From: Bugula neritina
Taxonomy: Eukaryota > Animalia > Bryozoa
Reading direction: 5' to 3'
Assembly: GCA_964035545.1 (NCBI GenBank)
Contig: OZ037769.1
Coordinates: 12,182,633 to 12,246,632, forward strand
Length of the DNA stretch: 64,000 bases
A program made the position numbers and the translations under genes. This document shows positions 49,287 through 63,781 of this stretch, piece after piece. Numbering within the stretch: the first letter of the stretch is position 1; every line of letters starts with the position of its first letter. The notes beneath the pieces are model-generated. The model ran no database searches and had not been told where the DNA came from. It was given only the letters and a program-made list of their open reading frames with translations.

Positions 49287-49529
49287 AAATGAGAAAAAGG
49301 ATGAAAGATAATTTTTACACAATTCTACAAAAACAGTGGATTTTTCTAGCTAAAAGGGCTAAAATTTAGATGATCAAACAACTCAATGCAAGTGTGAACA
49401 AAATTAAAGTCGAAAATGTTCACTAAAATCAAATATCAATAAAGCATGATAGCAAAATCAATAACCAGCTTAAAGTTATGTTAACACAACTCCAAATATA
49501 CAAAATATTCCATTAAAGTTAAACCAGGA

Positions 49530-50565
49530 CCTTAATTTTGTCTTATGGAGGTCTCTGAGTTGTTGCCTTGATTGTGACCAAATTTCAGATCCCTCATAGT
49601 CCTTGGGAGAAAACTGTTTAGGTACTTAACACTGTTGGCACCCACTGATCGGGCTGTCCCCACGCTTGAGATCGAGTTTGTATATAGTGTTGTTTGTTGG
49701 TTTGTTCAGCAAGTTATCATGGGCAGAGCTGAGAGCCAGATGTTGTTCTTATTTTGCCAGAATTTTCATAAGGAGATTAACACGTTTGGTTCTCTTTCGT
49801 TGTGCAAGGGGCTGTAGGCAAAGTTTGCTTATGGCACTTTCAACATCTTTGCGGCCTTTAATATTGGCTATGAATCGCACTGCACCCACTTGTACTTTTT
49901 CTAAGCCAGAAAAATCTTTCTTGCAAGTTGGGTCCCAAGCTGCGCTGGCATACTCAAGGTGTGGTAGACCCCATGCTTTGTATGCAATAAACCGTGCTCA
50001 TTTGGAGGCCCAGTAGATAGCTCTTTTAATCATACCCAATTGTCTTCTAGCATTTAGTACTTTGCTTTATATAGGTTTGGTGAACCTGCAATCTGATTGC
50101 AATGCGACACCCAAGTATTTTGTAGAGTCTACATGATATAGTACTGCTCCATTTAATGTGTAATTGGAAGTATCTCTTACAGAGTTGAAACTCATTACTT
50201 CACTCTTAGAGATTTCACTTGAACCTGCTGCAGTCACTATATGAGGCCATCTCCTGGTAGACAAGTGCATCATCAGCAAACAAGGCACATGAGCAATCAA
50301 GACAGTCAGGTAGGTCATTTATAAAAATAAGGAATAGTATTGGTCCCAAAACCGATCCTCGTGACACACCTTGAGTAACTGGTAATGGACCTAAGGTACG
50401 ACCTTGCAAGACCACTCTCTGTGTACGACTGGTTAGGAAGTTATTGATCCAGTGTAGGATGTATTCATCCAAATCTGCAATCTCTAAAAAGCTTTTTCAT
50501 TAGAAGCGCATGAAGCACTCGATTAAATGCTTTAGTGATGCCTAAAACAGCTGCGTGAACAGTTT
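49530..50565 (-). mobile_element. Truncated CR1-group LINE RT fragment
   Basis: TKAFNRV, WINNFLTSRTQRVV, GSVLGPILFLIFINDLP, LFADD, KYLGV and LEYASAAWDP; frameshifted. Confidence 0.88.
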
Positions 50566-51246
50566 AAGTTTGGTACGTATTATCATTGACTTATAATCAT
50601 TCACCAATGATTCCATTAACTATAAGTATAAATATCATCAAAGTTAATTAAAAATGAAATTTAAGGTGAACCATATTGCAGAGTCAGAGTGAGAGAATGA
50701 AAATCAAAATGAAAATTTAATGAATGAATCGGAATAAAATTAAATTGTTTTATTATAGTAAGAATTAATTAGGTATAGTTAAAAAATCCTGATCCATGAC
50801 CATTGAAACCTAATTATTAATTAAACTATATAGTTTAAAACCAGTTAAATTTCAAAACATGAACAACATTTAATCATTCACCAAGATATAACCATAATAA
50901 ATATTAATATGACGATAGTCAGAAAAATATGGTCAGAAGATAGATAATAGATTAAAATGTTATATTATTCTTTAGCTATCGTCGTAGTAGGCGTAACCAT
51001 CATTGCCCAGCCTCCCAAGGCCTCCTCAGAACCACCCAACGATTGAGGAGTGACATGTTTATGCATCCAATGATGATTCCGAGATAACTGGCTCGGATTC
51101 AGAGCAATGCAAAGAAAAAACAACTCCATAAAACATGTAAGTACTGCGCAGTTTATTGACCTTTGGACCGGTAACAACCGGCCCATTATAACTTTGTATA
51201 AATGCAACTAGATTCACTGATAAAGTTGAAGTAAATGAAGTCGGAA

Positions 51247-54200
51247 ATGGCAGCAATGATGAAACTGAGAACTGCAAATTTTCGTCAATTGCAACATTCA
51301 TTAGGTTTGTGAATGATTTTAAATGATGTCTGAACTTTTAATTATGTTATAATTACGTAAATTACTAATAATGTTTTATATGACTTACTGAATTTAATGC
51401 CAATACTTAGTCTAAGTCTTGTACTTACACTTACAGTTACAGTACGGAGTATGAGTACACTTCAACTTCAACTTGTATAACTATAAGTATTGCAGTACTA
51501 CTAGTAGTAGTACTACATCTACTAGTACTACTAGTAGTAGTAGTTATAGTTTAAATTATATATAATTTTATTTTTTCTATTATAGCCATATTTATACTTA
51601 TCGTTTTACATAATAGTAATAGTAATCGTATAGTAATAGTAATAGTTAATCACTAATGTTATAGTTATACTTATAGTAATAGTTAAACTTAATGTTATAC
51701 TACTAGTACTACTACTAGTAGTAACTAGGCACTAGTACTAAATCTAATAGTAGTACTGATACTAATAGTAATAGTAATACATCAACTTACATCATGATCA
51801 ACGGTGTCATCACGAAGTATAACTATAAGTATAACTATAAAATTAAGTTATAACATCAACTATAACAGTATAAGTATAAGTATTAGTATAACTATAAGTA
51901 TAAGTAATAAAGTATTACTATTAGTTTACTATTACTATTAGTATTACTTTAAGCTTAGTTAGCAGTACTGGGACATCAAATTGTAATTTTATTCCTAGAT
52001 CTCATCTATTTCTAAGGATAGAATCAATGAATATTTAATTTTATTATTAATTATGATGTAAATATTAAAATGTTCATCTTATATCATGATCATCATTGGT
52101 TATATAGATTGGTCTCTTAACTCTCACTCAAAACTTATGAAGTATTGTTACTTAGTTAAACTTAATGCAACGTCAAGAGATGGAGTTATAGTATCTATCA
52201 AGTGTCTGTGGGACTTACAGTTAGTGTAACACTTACAGTTAATGTTACGCTTACCGTAATTTTACCTTTTAAACTTTGAGTCACTTATTTTCAAACTCTT
52301 AGTCTCACCGTTACATTTAGTTTTGCTCATAGCGATAGTCTTACAGTTCATGTTAGTCCCAGTGTGTGAGTATACTGCAATGACTGTTGCTATGTGACTA
52401 AGAGTCATCATCAGTTTGACTATGAGCCTATCATTGACTTCAACCTGTTAATGAGTGATACCTAGTGATAATTATGGCAGCTGATGACTGAAACTGCATT
52501 ATAAATTTAAGAAATCTGTACATGGTTTTTAAAAACACAAGTGATTAAACGTGTAATAAATAGGTGGTTATCTAGTGCTTGTAAGCTATTAGCAATAGTA
52601 ATATTTCAACCATATCAGTCTAGACAAGGTTTATCACTTACAACCTCTGTAGGACGTATGAGTGCAGTTATCATTGGATCATGACTAGCCTCTAAAAATC
52701 AACTGAAACCTCCACTATAATTGACAAAAAAATCATGTATGATTGGATTTGCGCTTTAGGCAATGGGTTGAAGGCTGAACAGCTAGCCTGTGCTCAATTA
52801 TCTCGTGGAAAGACAACTCTCAGTAGCCCTTCACGGAGGAACATAGTGCTTGTTGATGCCGTCAGAACACCATTCCTACAGTCTGGCACACAGTACAAGA
52901 ACTTAATGCCTCATGATTTACAACGTGAAGCTAACAAGTAAGTGACTACATAGGTATAACCTGTCTTCCAACTCTAAAGTAGGCATTATTGGAGATAGTA
53001 GTTGTTGTCTACTAATTACTTATCATAAATTCAACTTCTCAGTGTGAATAAGTGAATATCAAAATTTATAATTAAGTTTTAAACATCCAAATTTGTAGCT
53101 TTTATGGCCAAAGTTTTTAATTGTATATGTTTGCTAAATAGCATTATGTGTATTAAGTACAAAGGTGTATTGTATCTCATGAGAATATACATTTATATAT
53201 CTAGAAGTTTTAATTATTCAAAATGAACATATAATATTATTGTATTATCATATTATAGAGCTTTACTGAAGCGAACAGGCTTAGACCCAGCTGATGCTGG
53301 ATATATCATAAATGGAATCGTCATACAGGAAGTGAAGACAAGCAACATAGCCCGAGAGGCTGCACTTGGAGCAGGGATTCCTGATAGCGTCCCATCCCAC
53401 ACAGTTACTATGGCCTGCATCTCTTCTAATCAGGCCATCACCACTGGTTGGCTATTTTCAAGTTTAATATGAATACGATGTCTTTTGATATGCACCCTGT
53501 TTGATGTTGTTTAAAAATATATATGTTCATTGGTTTCAATTTCATAAAATTCTTTCTAATACTCCGTGTGATAATTTTCAGGTTGCTAGTTAGTTGTCCA
53601 TTAAAACAAGTTACAGTATTTTTAAATATTTTGATATTTTCTACCCTCTAATAACCTTTTCACAGCGACTACATTTCAAAATAAGGCAATGATGTATATG
53701 TGAAGTAGCAAAGCTTATGATCAACTGAATCTCCAACACTCTACAGCCATTGCATATGTTTAAATGGTGATTTTCGATATTGTAGGTATTGGTTACATCA
53801 ATTCGGGAATGGTTGAGAACTTTATTGCGGGAGGTACAGAGTTTATGTCCGACGTACCGATCAGACACAGCCGTAAGATGAGGTCCATCATGTTACAGTC
53901 AACTAAAGCCAAGACAGCTGGTCAGAAGTTTGCCCTGTTTAGTAAGGTGGGGTTACTCGCACCACCCGTTACATTTCTCTGTAGTGTGGTTTAGGAAAAT
54001 GGTGGTCTTGTGCTCCCGTTTTTACCTATGTGGTGTGTGGTGGTTTCCTGGTCTAGGATCAGATTTATTCATTTCTATTTTAGTTTTACTGATTGTTTTG
54101 TTTATTTAGCAGCTTTCTTGCTGACCCATCACCGCCAGATGGTTTGTTTTAAAACTGGGTGTTCAGAACATTTATTGACTCTTTATATTCAAAAGTTGGA

Positions 54201-57200
54201 ATAAAACTTTTAAAAAAATCAGCTTTACTAACTGAAGACTTGAAATGTTGTTTACGTTATTAGTTCTGATTTCCTTCTTTATACTCTCCTGGTAATTTTA
54301 TACTACATAGCATATAGGTTGATGTGTGTACACCAAATATCATATATAGATAAATATATTTATACTGCATATTATATAGCTAGATATACACTACACACCA
54401 TATATACAATATTATACACATATACACTACATACTGACACTCTGTGCAGGTGTTAAGTCCGTCAGTGTGGAATCCCGAGCTGCCAGCTGTTGCTGAATTC
54501 TCCACCAATGAGACGATGGGACATTCAGCAGATAGATTGGCTGCAGCGTTTGAGGTGTCTCGTCAGGAGCAGGTCGGTATACTTATGTTACTTGTACCTT
54601 GTACTATATTACTTGTACCTTGTACTATATTACTTGTACCTTGTACTATATTACTTGTACCTTGTACTATATTACTTGTACCTTGTACTATATTACTTAT
54701 ACCTTGTACTATATTACTTGTACCTTGTACTATATTACTTGTATCTTGTACTATATTACTCGTACCTTGTACTATATTACTTGTACCTTGTACTATATTA
54801 CTTGTACCTTGTACTATATTACTTATACCTTGTACTATATTACTTGTACCTTGTACTATATTACTTGTATCTTGTACTATATTACTCGTACCTTGTACTA
54901 TATTACTTATACCTTGTACTATATTACTTGTACCTTGTACTATATTACTTGTACCTTGTACTATATTACTTGTACCTTGTACTATATTACTTGTACCTTG
55001 TACTATATTACTTGTACCTTGTACTATATTACTTGTACCTTGTACTATATTACTTGTACCTTGTACTATATTACTTGTACCTTGTACTATATTACTTGTA
55101 CCTTGTACTATATTACTTGTACCTTGTACTATATTACTTGTACCTTGTACTATATTACTTGTACCTTGTACTATATTACTTGTACCTTGTACTATATTAC
55201 TTGTACCTTGTACTATATTACTTGTACCTTGTACTATATTACTTGTACTTTGTGCTATATTACTTGTACCTTGTACTATATTACTTGTACCTTGTACTAT
55301 ATTACTTGTACCTTGTACTATATTACTTGTACCTTGTACTATATTACTTGTACCTTGTACTATATTACTTGTACCTTGTACTATATTACTTGTACCTTGT
55401 ACTATATTACTTGTACCTTGTACTATATTACTTGTACCTTGTACTATATTACTTGTACCTTGTACTATATTACTTGTACCTTGTACTATATTACTTGTAC
55501 CTTGTACTATATTACTTGTACCTTGTACTATATTACTTGTACCTTGTACTATATTACTTGTACCTTGTACTATATTACTTGTACCTTGTACTATATTACT
55601 TGTACCTTGTACTATATTACTTGTACCTTGTACTATATTACTTGTACCTTGTACTATATTACTTGTACCTTGTACTATATTACTTGTACCTTGTACTATA
55701 TTACTTGTACCTTGTACTATATTACTTGTACCTTGTACTATATTACTTGTACCTTGTACTATATTACTTGTACCTTGTACTATATTACTTGTACCTTGTA
55801 CTATATTACTTGTACCTTGTACTATATTACTTGTACCTTGTACTATATTACTTGTACCTTGTACTATATTACTTGTACCTTGTACTATATTACTTGTACC
55901 TTGTACTATATTACTTGTACCTTGTACTATATTACTTGTACCTTGTACTATATTACTTGTACCTTGTACTATATTACTTGTACCTTGTACTATATTACTT
56001 GTACCTTGTATTATATTACTTGTACCTTGTACTATATTACTTGTACCTTGTACTATATTACTTGTACCTTGTACTATATTACTTGTACCTTGTATTATAT
56101 TACTTGTACCTTGTACTATATTACTTGTACCTTGTACTATATTACTTGTACCTTGTACTATATTACTTGTACCTTGTACTATCTTACTTGTACCTTGTAC
56201 TATATTACTTGTACCTTGTACTATATTACTTGTACCTTGTACTATATTACTTGTACCTTGTACTATATTACTTGTACCTTGTACTATATTACTTGTACCT
56301 TGTACTATATTACTTGTACCTTGTACTATATTACTTGTACCTTGTACTATATTACTTGTACCTTGTACTATATTACTTGTACCTTGTACTATATTACTTG
56401 TACCTTGTACTATATTACTTGTACCTTGTACTATCTTACTTGTACCTTGTACTATCTTACTTGTACCTTGTACTATATTACTTGTACCTTGTACTATATT
56501 ACTTGTACCTTGTACTATATTACTTGTACCTTGTACTATATTACTTGTACCTTGTACTATCTTACTTGTACCTTGTACTATATTACTTGTACCTTGTACT
56601 ATATTACTTGTACCTTGTACTATATTACTCGTACCTTGTACTATATTACTCGTACCTTGTACTATATTACTTGTACCTTGTACTATATTACTTGTACCTT
56701 GTACTATATTACTTGTACCTTGTACTATATTACTTGTACTTTGTACTATATTACTTGTACCTTGTACTATATTACTTGTACCTTGTACTATATTACTTGT
56801 ACCTTGTACTATATTACTTGTACCTTGTACTATATTACTTGTACCTTGTACTATATTACTTGTACCTTGTACTATATTACTTGTACCTTGTACTATATTA
56901 CTTGTACCTTGTACTATATTACTCGCACCTTGTACTATATTACTCGTACCTTGTACTATATTACTCGTACCTTGTACTATATTACTCGTACCTTGTACTA
57001 TATTACTTGTACCTTGTATTATATTACTCGTACCTTGTACTATATTACTTGTACCTTGTACTATATTACTCGTACCTTGTACTATATTACTTGTACCTTG
57101 TACTATATTACTTGTACCTTGTACTATATTACTTGTACCTTGTACTATATTACTTGTACTTTGTACTATATTACTTGTACCTTGTACTATATTACTTGTA

Positions 57201-60200
57201 CCTTGTACTATATTACTTGTACCTTGTACTATCTTACTTGTACCTTGTACTATATTACTTGTACCTTGTACTATATTACTCGTACCTTGTACTATATTAC
57301 TCGTACCTTGTACTATATTACTTGTACCTTGTACTATATTACTTGTACCTTGTACTATATTACTTGTACCTTGTACTATATTACTTGTACCTTGTACTAT
57401 ATTACTTGTACCTTGTACTATATTACTTGTACCTTGTACTATATTACTTGTACCTTGTACTATATTACTTGTACCTTGTACTATATTACTTGTACCTTGT
57501 ACTATATTACTTGTACCTTGTACTATATTACTTGTACCTTGTACTATATTACTTGTACCTTGTACTATATTACTTGTACCTTGTACTATATTACTTGTAC
57601 CTTGTACTATATTACTTGTACCTTGTACTATATTACTTGTACCTTGTACTATATTACTTGTACCTTGTACTATATTACTTGTACCTTGTACTATATTACT
57701 CGTACCTTGTACTATATTACTTGTACCTTGTACTATATTACTTGTACCTTGTACTATATTACTTGTACTTTGTACTATATTACTTGTACCTTGTACTATA
57801 TTACTTGTACCTTGTACTATATTACTTGTACCTTGTACTATATTACTTGTACCTTGTACTATATTACTTGTACTTTGTACTATATGTACTATATTATCTG
57901 CCACTATATTACTCAATCTTACTCCTATATTACTTGTATCTTTTATTACATTACTCATATATTCTACTATATTACTTATATATGCCGCTATATTACCCAT
58001 ATATTGTATTGTTTTATTCATATGCCACTATATTACTCATATATTCTACTATATTATTCATATCTGCCACTATATTACGCACACAGGATGAATACGCACT
58101 GAGGTCCCACACACTGGCTAGCAAGGCACAGCAAGCCGGCCTACTCGATGATGTCATACCAGTCAAAGTTCCCGGTGTGTCCGAGACAGTTGCTCAGGAC
58201 AACGGTATCAGACCCTCTAGCATGGAGAAGATGGGAAGCCTGAAGGCTGCCTTCGTGAAGCCACACGGAACTGTCACTGCTGCAAACTCTTCCTTCCTGG
58301 TATGTTTTGTTGTACAACTTCTGTATCAGTTGCAGTCTAGTGAAATAGTTTTATGGTAGAGCAGTTTTCTCCGGGTTATTTCTATATTTACTGGTATAAC
58401 ACAGTAACACACACGCACACACACACGCACTCACACCCACCCAATCCACACACAAATTGACCTAAATTGCATCAATTCAGACTGAATATTTACATTAAAT
58501 GTTTTACGTAGCACTTAGCTGATGTTTGCTATGTCGATTTAATTCTTTATTCCTTAAATGTGAAACTAGAGTGAGTATATGCACGCTCACACAAATACAG
58601 ATGCACAGACCACATACACACATAATATAAAATAATATAATATGTGCAATAATGAATCGTCATGATGTTCACTACTCCTTCAATATGCTATACACAGACT
58701 GATGGTGCCTCAGCTTGTCTTGTCATGACAGAAGAAAAAGCTAAAAGACTGGGTTACAAACCAATGGCATACCTGCGAGACTTCACCTATGTAGCCATGG
58801 ATCCTAAAGATCAACTCCTACTCGGGTAGGTCATACACCTCTCTGTATACCAGTTCTCAGGCTAAGAGTAGGGCATCTCTAGTTGGCTATATTTTAACAT
58901 TGATGTTTTCTACTGTCACTTTATATAAATTATTTTTCCTTCGCTTAAATTATTTATTGTTTAGTTTTTGATCCGTAAAATATTGAATTAAGCCAACCAG
59001 ACATGGTCTTTTGCCTGTTGCTACTAATCAGCTCTCTCTTTCTCATTGTCACAGTTGGTGTGTTGATTTAATCATCCTGACGACTGTGGATTAGACTGAA
59101 ATTTAGTTAACATGACATTAGACACTGGCCAGCCCAGTTAGATTATATGCATTACAATATATTGTTATTAGACCAGCCAGGTCGATGCCCAAAGTTCTGG
59201 ACCAGGCCGGACTCACTCTCAAAGATGTTGATGTGTTTGAATTCCATGAAGCTTTTGCTGTAAGTTCAAATTCATTCTCCAAACTCCCCCCATGTACTGA
59301 ATAGTAGCTGTACTGTTACTATAGCAACACTGAACCCATTTTGATCCTTTCCTTAGTGTTAGTTTTGGTTGTTAGTAGTCAACCATAAGAGCTAGCTATA
59401 GAGTCAAGAGTGTCTTACTCTATAATACGTCAATGGTGCTTTAAAAAGTCATCTCTTTGTAATATTTTATATTTTATATTGACTCTCTCATTATGTGTTT
59501 GTAACAAGAATAATCAAATTATGTCGTCGTTTTTCTCGTAGTATTTTATTATTATTTTGTTTTGTTTGAATTTATGTTTCGCCACTCAGCTTTACATAAT
59601 AATATGTTGGTATATGAACATCATTTCTAGTTTTGTATTACATTGAATAGGGCCAGATTCTAGCTAACCTAAAGGCACTGGACTCTGATTGGTATGCTCA
59701 AAACTACATGGGAAGATCCAGCAAGGTGTGTACATGCATTCTGTACTTACCTGAAGATTTACCTTCTGTATACATACTGTGTAGTTATATTGTACTTACT
59801 ATGTGGTTATACTGTACTTACCTGAGGATATAATTACTGTATAGTCACTATATATCTACTGTATACTTGCTATATACTTACTATATACTTACTATTTACA
59901 TACTATTCATTTACTATATACCTACTATATACTTACTGTATTGCACATACTATATACATACTGTATACTTACTATATATACATATACTTACTATTTACAT
60001 GCTATTTACTTACTATATACCTACTATATACTTACTATGTTCCTACTATATACTTACTGTATTATACTTACCATATACATACTATATTCTGTGTTACACA
60101 GTATGGAACTCCTGATATGTCTAAGTTCAATTTGTGGGGAGGCTCGCTGTCTATTGGACATCCATTCGCTGCCACTGGTGTGAGGCTGGTTCAGACTGCT

Positions 60201-60562
60201 GCCAAGAGACTACAGAAAGAAGACGGACAGTTTGCTGTCGTGGCTGCTTGTGCTGCCGGTGGACTGGTATGTGCTGCCTTGTCATACTGTATAGTTGTTA
60301 CGTTATACTGCATAGTTATTATACTGTATAGTTGTCATACTGTATAGTTGTTATACTGTATAGTTATTATACTGTATAGTTCGTATACTGTATAGTTGTC
60401 ATACTGTCTAGTTGTTTCACTGTATAGTTGTTATGTTTTACTGTATATTTGGTATACTGTATAGTTAGTATGCTCTATATAGCACACTGTGAAGCTGATA
60501 CTAGTGACTATTTTATTCTCCAGGGTCACGCGATGGTGGTAGAGAGATATCCTGGTGCCTAG
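51247..60562 (+). CDS. HADHB: Mitochondrial trifunctional enzyme subunit beta (3-ketoacyl-CoA thiolase); exons 51247-51304, 52760-52937, 53259-53446, 53786-53946, 54450-54572, 58087-58299, 58698-58825, 59172-59259, 59651-59725, 60102-60266, 60524-60562
   Basis: [32 protein letters not shown] (catalytic Cys), [65 protein letters not shown]; all introns GT-AG with matching phases; basic presequence-like exon 1. Confidence 0.96.
54588..58080 (+). repeat. 21-bp minisatellite (TTACTTGTACCTTGTACTATA)n, ~157 homogeneous copies plus a degenerate 3' tail, in HADHB intron 5
   Basis: Seen directly; the unit is CTTGTAC+CTTGTAC+TATATTA. Confidence 0.98.
59740..60090 (+). repeat. Degenerate TATACTTAC-type tandem repeat filling HADHB intron 9
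   Basis: Repeated tatatacttactat motifs. Confidence 0.8.
60280..60470 (+). repeat. ~16-bp (ATACTGTATAGTTGTT)n repeat in HADHB intron 10
   Basis: About 11 imperfect copies. Confidence 0.85.
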
Positions 60563-62288
60563 TTACTCTAACTACTCCGAAGAATCAACTAGTGTGTATC
60601 TGCAGATTAACCAACTAGTGTGTATCTGCAGATTAACCAACAGTGTGTATCTGCAGAGCCACCAACCTACAGAAGGTTGTCACACTGTAGTCAATATACA
60701 TTTCATGTTACTGTATTTACCTCTCTACTCTATTCTCACAATCCATCACTTGCTTTTTACGACGATTCAAGAATTTTCCAAGTATGTTGTTTTGTCGTAG
60801 AGTTATGTTCTCATCTCTGAATTAACCCAAAGCAACAATTATGTATTATATTTATGTGATCGCTGCATTTCTATACATATTCACAAAATATAACTTATAC
60901 TTACATGTTTTATCTAGTTGTGGTTATTGCAGCAATGATTTTGAACCCTGCACTGTCTTGCAATAGCAATTTTCCATAATAAAGATTTCAGGTTTAGTTA
61001 GTCATTGTTACAGTTGACTGTGCGTACTAATGCAGAATGGTCATACATATAATATCAGTATTCTTCAGTAAAACATGTCAATTTATTGTCTGCTTCAGAA
61101 TTCAAGAGTTGTGCTAAGCTGATAATAATACGTTTAATGCATGTATCATCAATATAACATGCATTTGAGATCTCCTAGGTGGTTGTGGCCTGCTAACTAG
61201 AAAGTCTACACCCTGGACAGTGGGTATTATAGATAACAATAAAGTCATATTGTTAAAGAGTGGATAACTCTACTTGGTTAATTACAAACAATAGTAATAA
61301 TAGTCTCGCTGCTAATTCAGGAAGTTAGATGTTATAAATTATATGTTGATGGTTCTTGCTTTTAGTAACTAATGCGTAACAAACTTGAAGCTATAAACTT
61401 ATAAAGTACATTATGTGTATCGTAAAGAATATTTGCATGGAGAAGTCTCTACAGAGCTAACAAATCACAAGCCTCTAAAAACTCAGAATTACAGATGAAT
61501 TCAGCAGCTTGTGTACCTATTTACATTGCAGTCGCAGTCAGTGTATTAACTTGCTTCTGGGCACGTACTGTAGAAAAAGTCTCCTTAGAGTTAAATTCTC
61601 GAACGCACCCACTACTGCTACTATCGGCATGCATATGTGAAGTATTTTTATACTATTGACCTATTTTGAGATGAAGTTACATGAATCAATGCAGTATACA
61701 AGCTACCTGTATATATAGTAGCTCACCTGGTAAGCTATTAGTTTGTACCTGTAAATACACCTTGAAGTTTAAAGGTGGTTTGTGACTAGCCCAGTTATTG
61801 GCTGTTGGAAGTTATCATACTCTCCATTGGCTTTCTGTTGAGGCCTGCTGGAAGTTAGCCTAGTAATCTTTGAAAGTTGTCTTCTCATTTACAGATTTTG
61901 TTTCAGTTATAATATATTATTTTAATCGGGTATTATAAGCAATTATAAATTTATATATAAGTTGTAGAATTTTTATTCAACTATATAACATTTCTTGAGC
62001 TAATTATCTATTAGCTGATCTAATACACTGCGGATGTAAGTGTACCAACTGCTATTGGCAGCTACATTTTATTAGTTGGTATTGGACTGATGATTTATTA
62101 GATATACAATATTTATAAAATGTTTAGATCTCATTTATATCAAATAGTATAAATTTACAATGCAGATAATTTTAAGAATGTAACTGCAGATCATGCAAAT
62201 GCACTCTGCTGTTTGTTGATGACATGTCTTTATAAGATATTTTGATAACATTTATATAAAATAATATTTATAGTGCACAAGGTTTTGA

Positions 62289-62289
<1 letters not shown>

Positions 62290-62341
<52 letters not shown>
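62290..62341. repeat. (TA)n microsatellite in the transporter 3'UTR
   Basis: Seen directly. Confidence 0.95.
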
Positions 62342-62346
<5 letters not shown>

Positions 62347-62368
62347 CATACAGGTTAACAGTTTGAGG

Positions 62369-63781
62369 TCAAGTCTGTTTGTTGACAAGATGCTGCTGAC
62401 GCTGCCTAATTATAACGACAGGAAGGAGAATTATGCTGCCGATTATACCTCCACATCCTGCCGATACCAGACTATACAACTCCTCTGTATTCTCCCCGAT
62501 AAATGCTAGGAAAATATTTGGCAAGATAACAAACAGTTGCCAATTCATCATTTCTATTACTTACTATAAAAATTTCTGATTGGCATTGAAACTCACTAAA
62601 AATTTTAAGTTTCAGCTGGCAAAGCAATTGATAAAATTTTATAATATTCATCTGCTAATTTTTCCATAAACATAAATAAATTTTTACTCTTAAAATCAAG
62701 CTTTTGTAATAATAAAATTCTCAGATGTTGATAAAACACATATCATACAAATAGTTGTTTACAAATACTGGTATGTATAGTGAGAAGACAACTTCGAGTA
62801 ATAAACTTACTGTAAAATGCTGGACCAAGAAGACAGCCCAGTCCTGAGGCTAGGAGTTCTATACCAAAGAGGAGTGGGAGTAGTCTCGCCCCTATAACGT
62901 CTAACAACACAGCTAATAGGTTCCCTAGAGACAGGGCAAAGTTCACTCCCCAAATGGATAACAGAATGTAGTACATCTCCTTCAAATACAAATACTCTTT
63001 ATAATACATACTATAACATATATAATAATAACTATGTGTATATAACACAATTTAGGTGGGGATGCAAATATAGTACAGTTTAGGTTGTGTGCAAATTACA
63101 AATATACCATAAAAAAAGTAGGTCTAAATTTATTTTTGGTTGGTAGTCGGTATCGAATTTTGGATGTGAAGTTACACAAAACTATTCAAATAACTCAGAT
63201 AGATTTCCATTAATGTTGCATGTTTGTTCCAAATATTAGTGTTTTATGTTTGTATAGCAGGATTTAACTCTGAAGGTGATTATAGTAATGGTTAAAATAT
63301 TACTGCAAAAAATTTATCAGTTCCAACGCAAAATTTTTTAGCCACAAAATTCTTTAATCATTACGTTTAGAGACACATGCAACAGTACCTTGCTGGAGGA
63401 AAATGAGATTACAATGGTACATATGCTATACACCATTATTGTGATAAATCTCATCATTAGTCTATCAAATTTCAGTGGACTAATTAACACAGCAGTTACA
63501 CTTCCAACCAGCTTTGCTCCTCCTGAAGAAACGAATAGTTATACATGTAATAAGGGAGATAACTCTACACATCAAGTTATTAAAAAAGGAAGACAACTAT
63601 CAAATACTTTCAAGTTGTACAATTTGTTAGCAGACAAAGGTAACATACCAAATATGGTAATAGAGAGGGCAGCTTCCCTTTCAACCAGGCTCAGTCTATG
63701 GACAATATAGTTGTTGATTAGCACATGAAAGGTTGTGCTGGTCGCATTCCAAAAAAATGCATTCACCATGAGCACCCAAAC
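62369..63781 (-). CDS. 3' part of an MFS transporter, monocarboxylate transporter (SLC16)-like; exons 63781-63649, 63522-63389, 62979-62811, 62505-62369; gene starts right of the window
   Basis: Successive hydrophobic helices; EREAALSITIFGGAKLVG; LLDVIGARLLPLLFGIELLASGLGCLLGP (MCT TM10-11-like); phases consistent through to the TGA. Confidence 0.8.

Larger units (their letters stand above)
38540..51170. repeat. Tandem duplication of the SDR locus (unit 1 ~38540-46050; unit 2 ~46630-51170)
   Basis: 38540-40985 aligns with 46630-49530, and 45550-46050 aligns with 50600-51170. Confidence 0.9.

Noticed and set aside
54588-57884. Possible CRISPR-like array
   Set aside because: Head-to-tail units with no unique spacers, no cas genes, and a eukaryotic intron context.
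54444-58359. Four >1100-aa ORFs ([28 protein letters not shown] repeats)
   Set aside because: By-products of a stop-free 21-bp repeat within a GT-AG intron whose removal joins HADHB ...SRQEQ|DEYAL... exactly.
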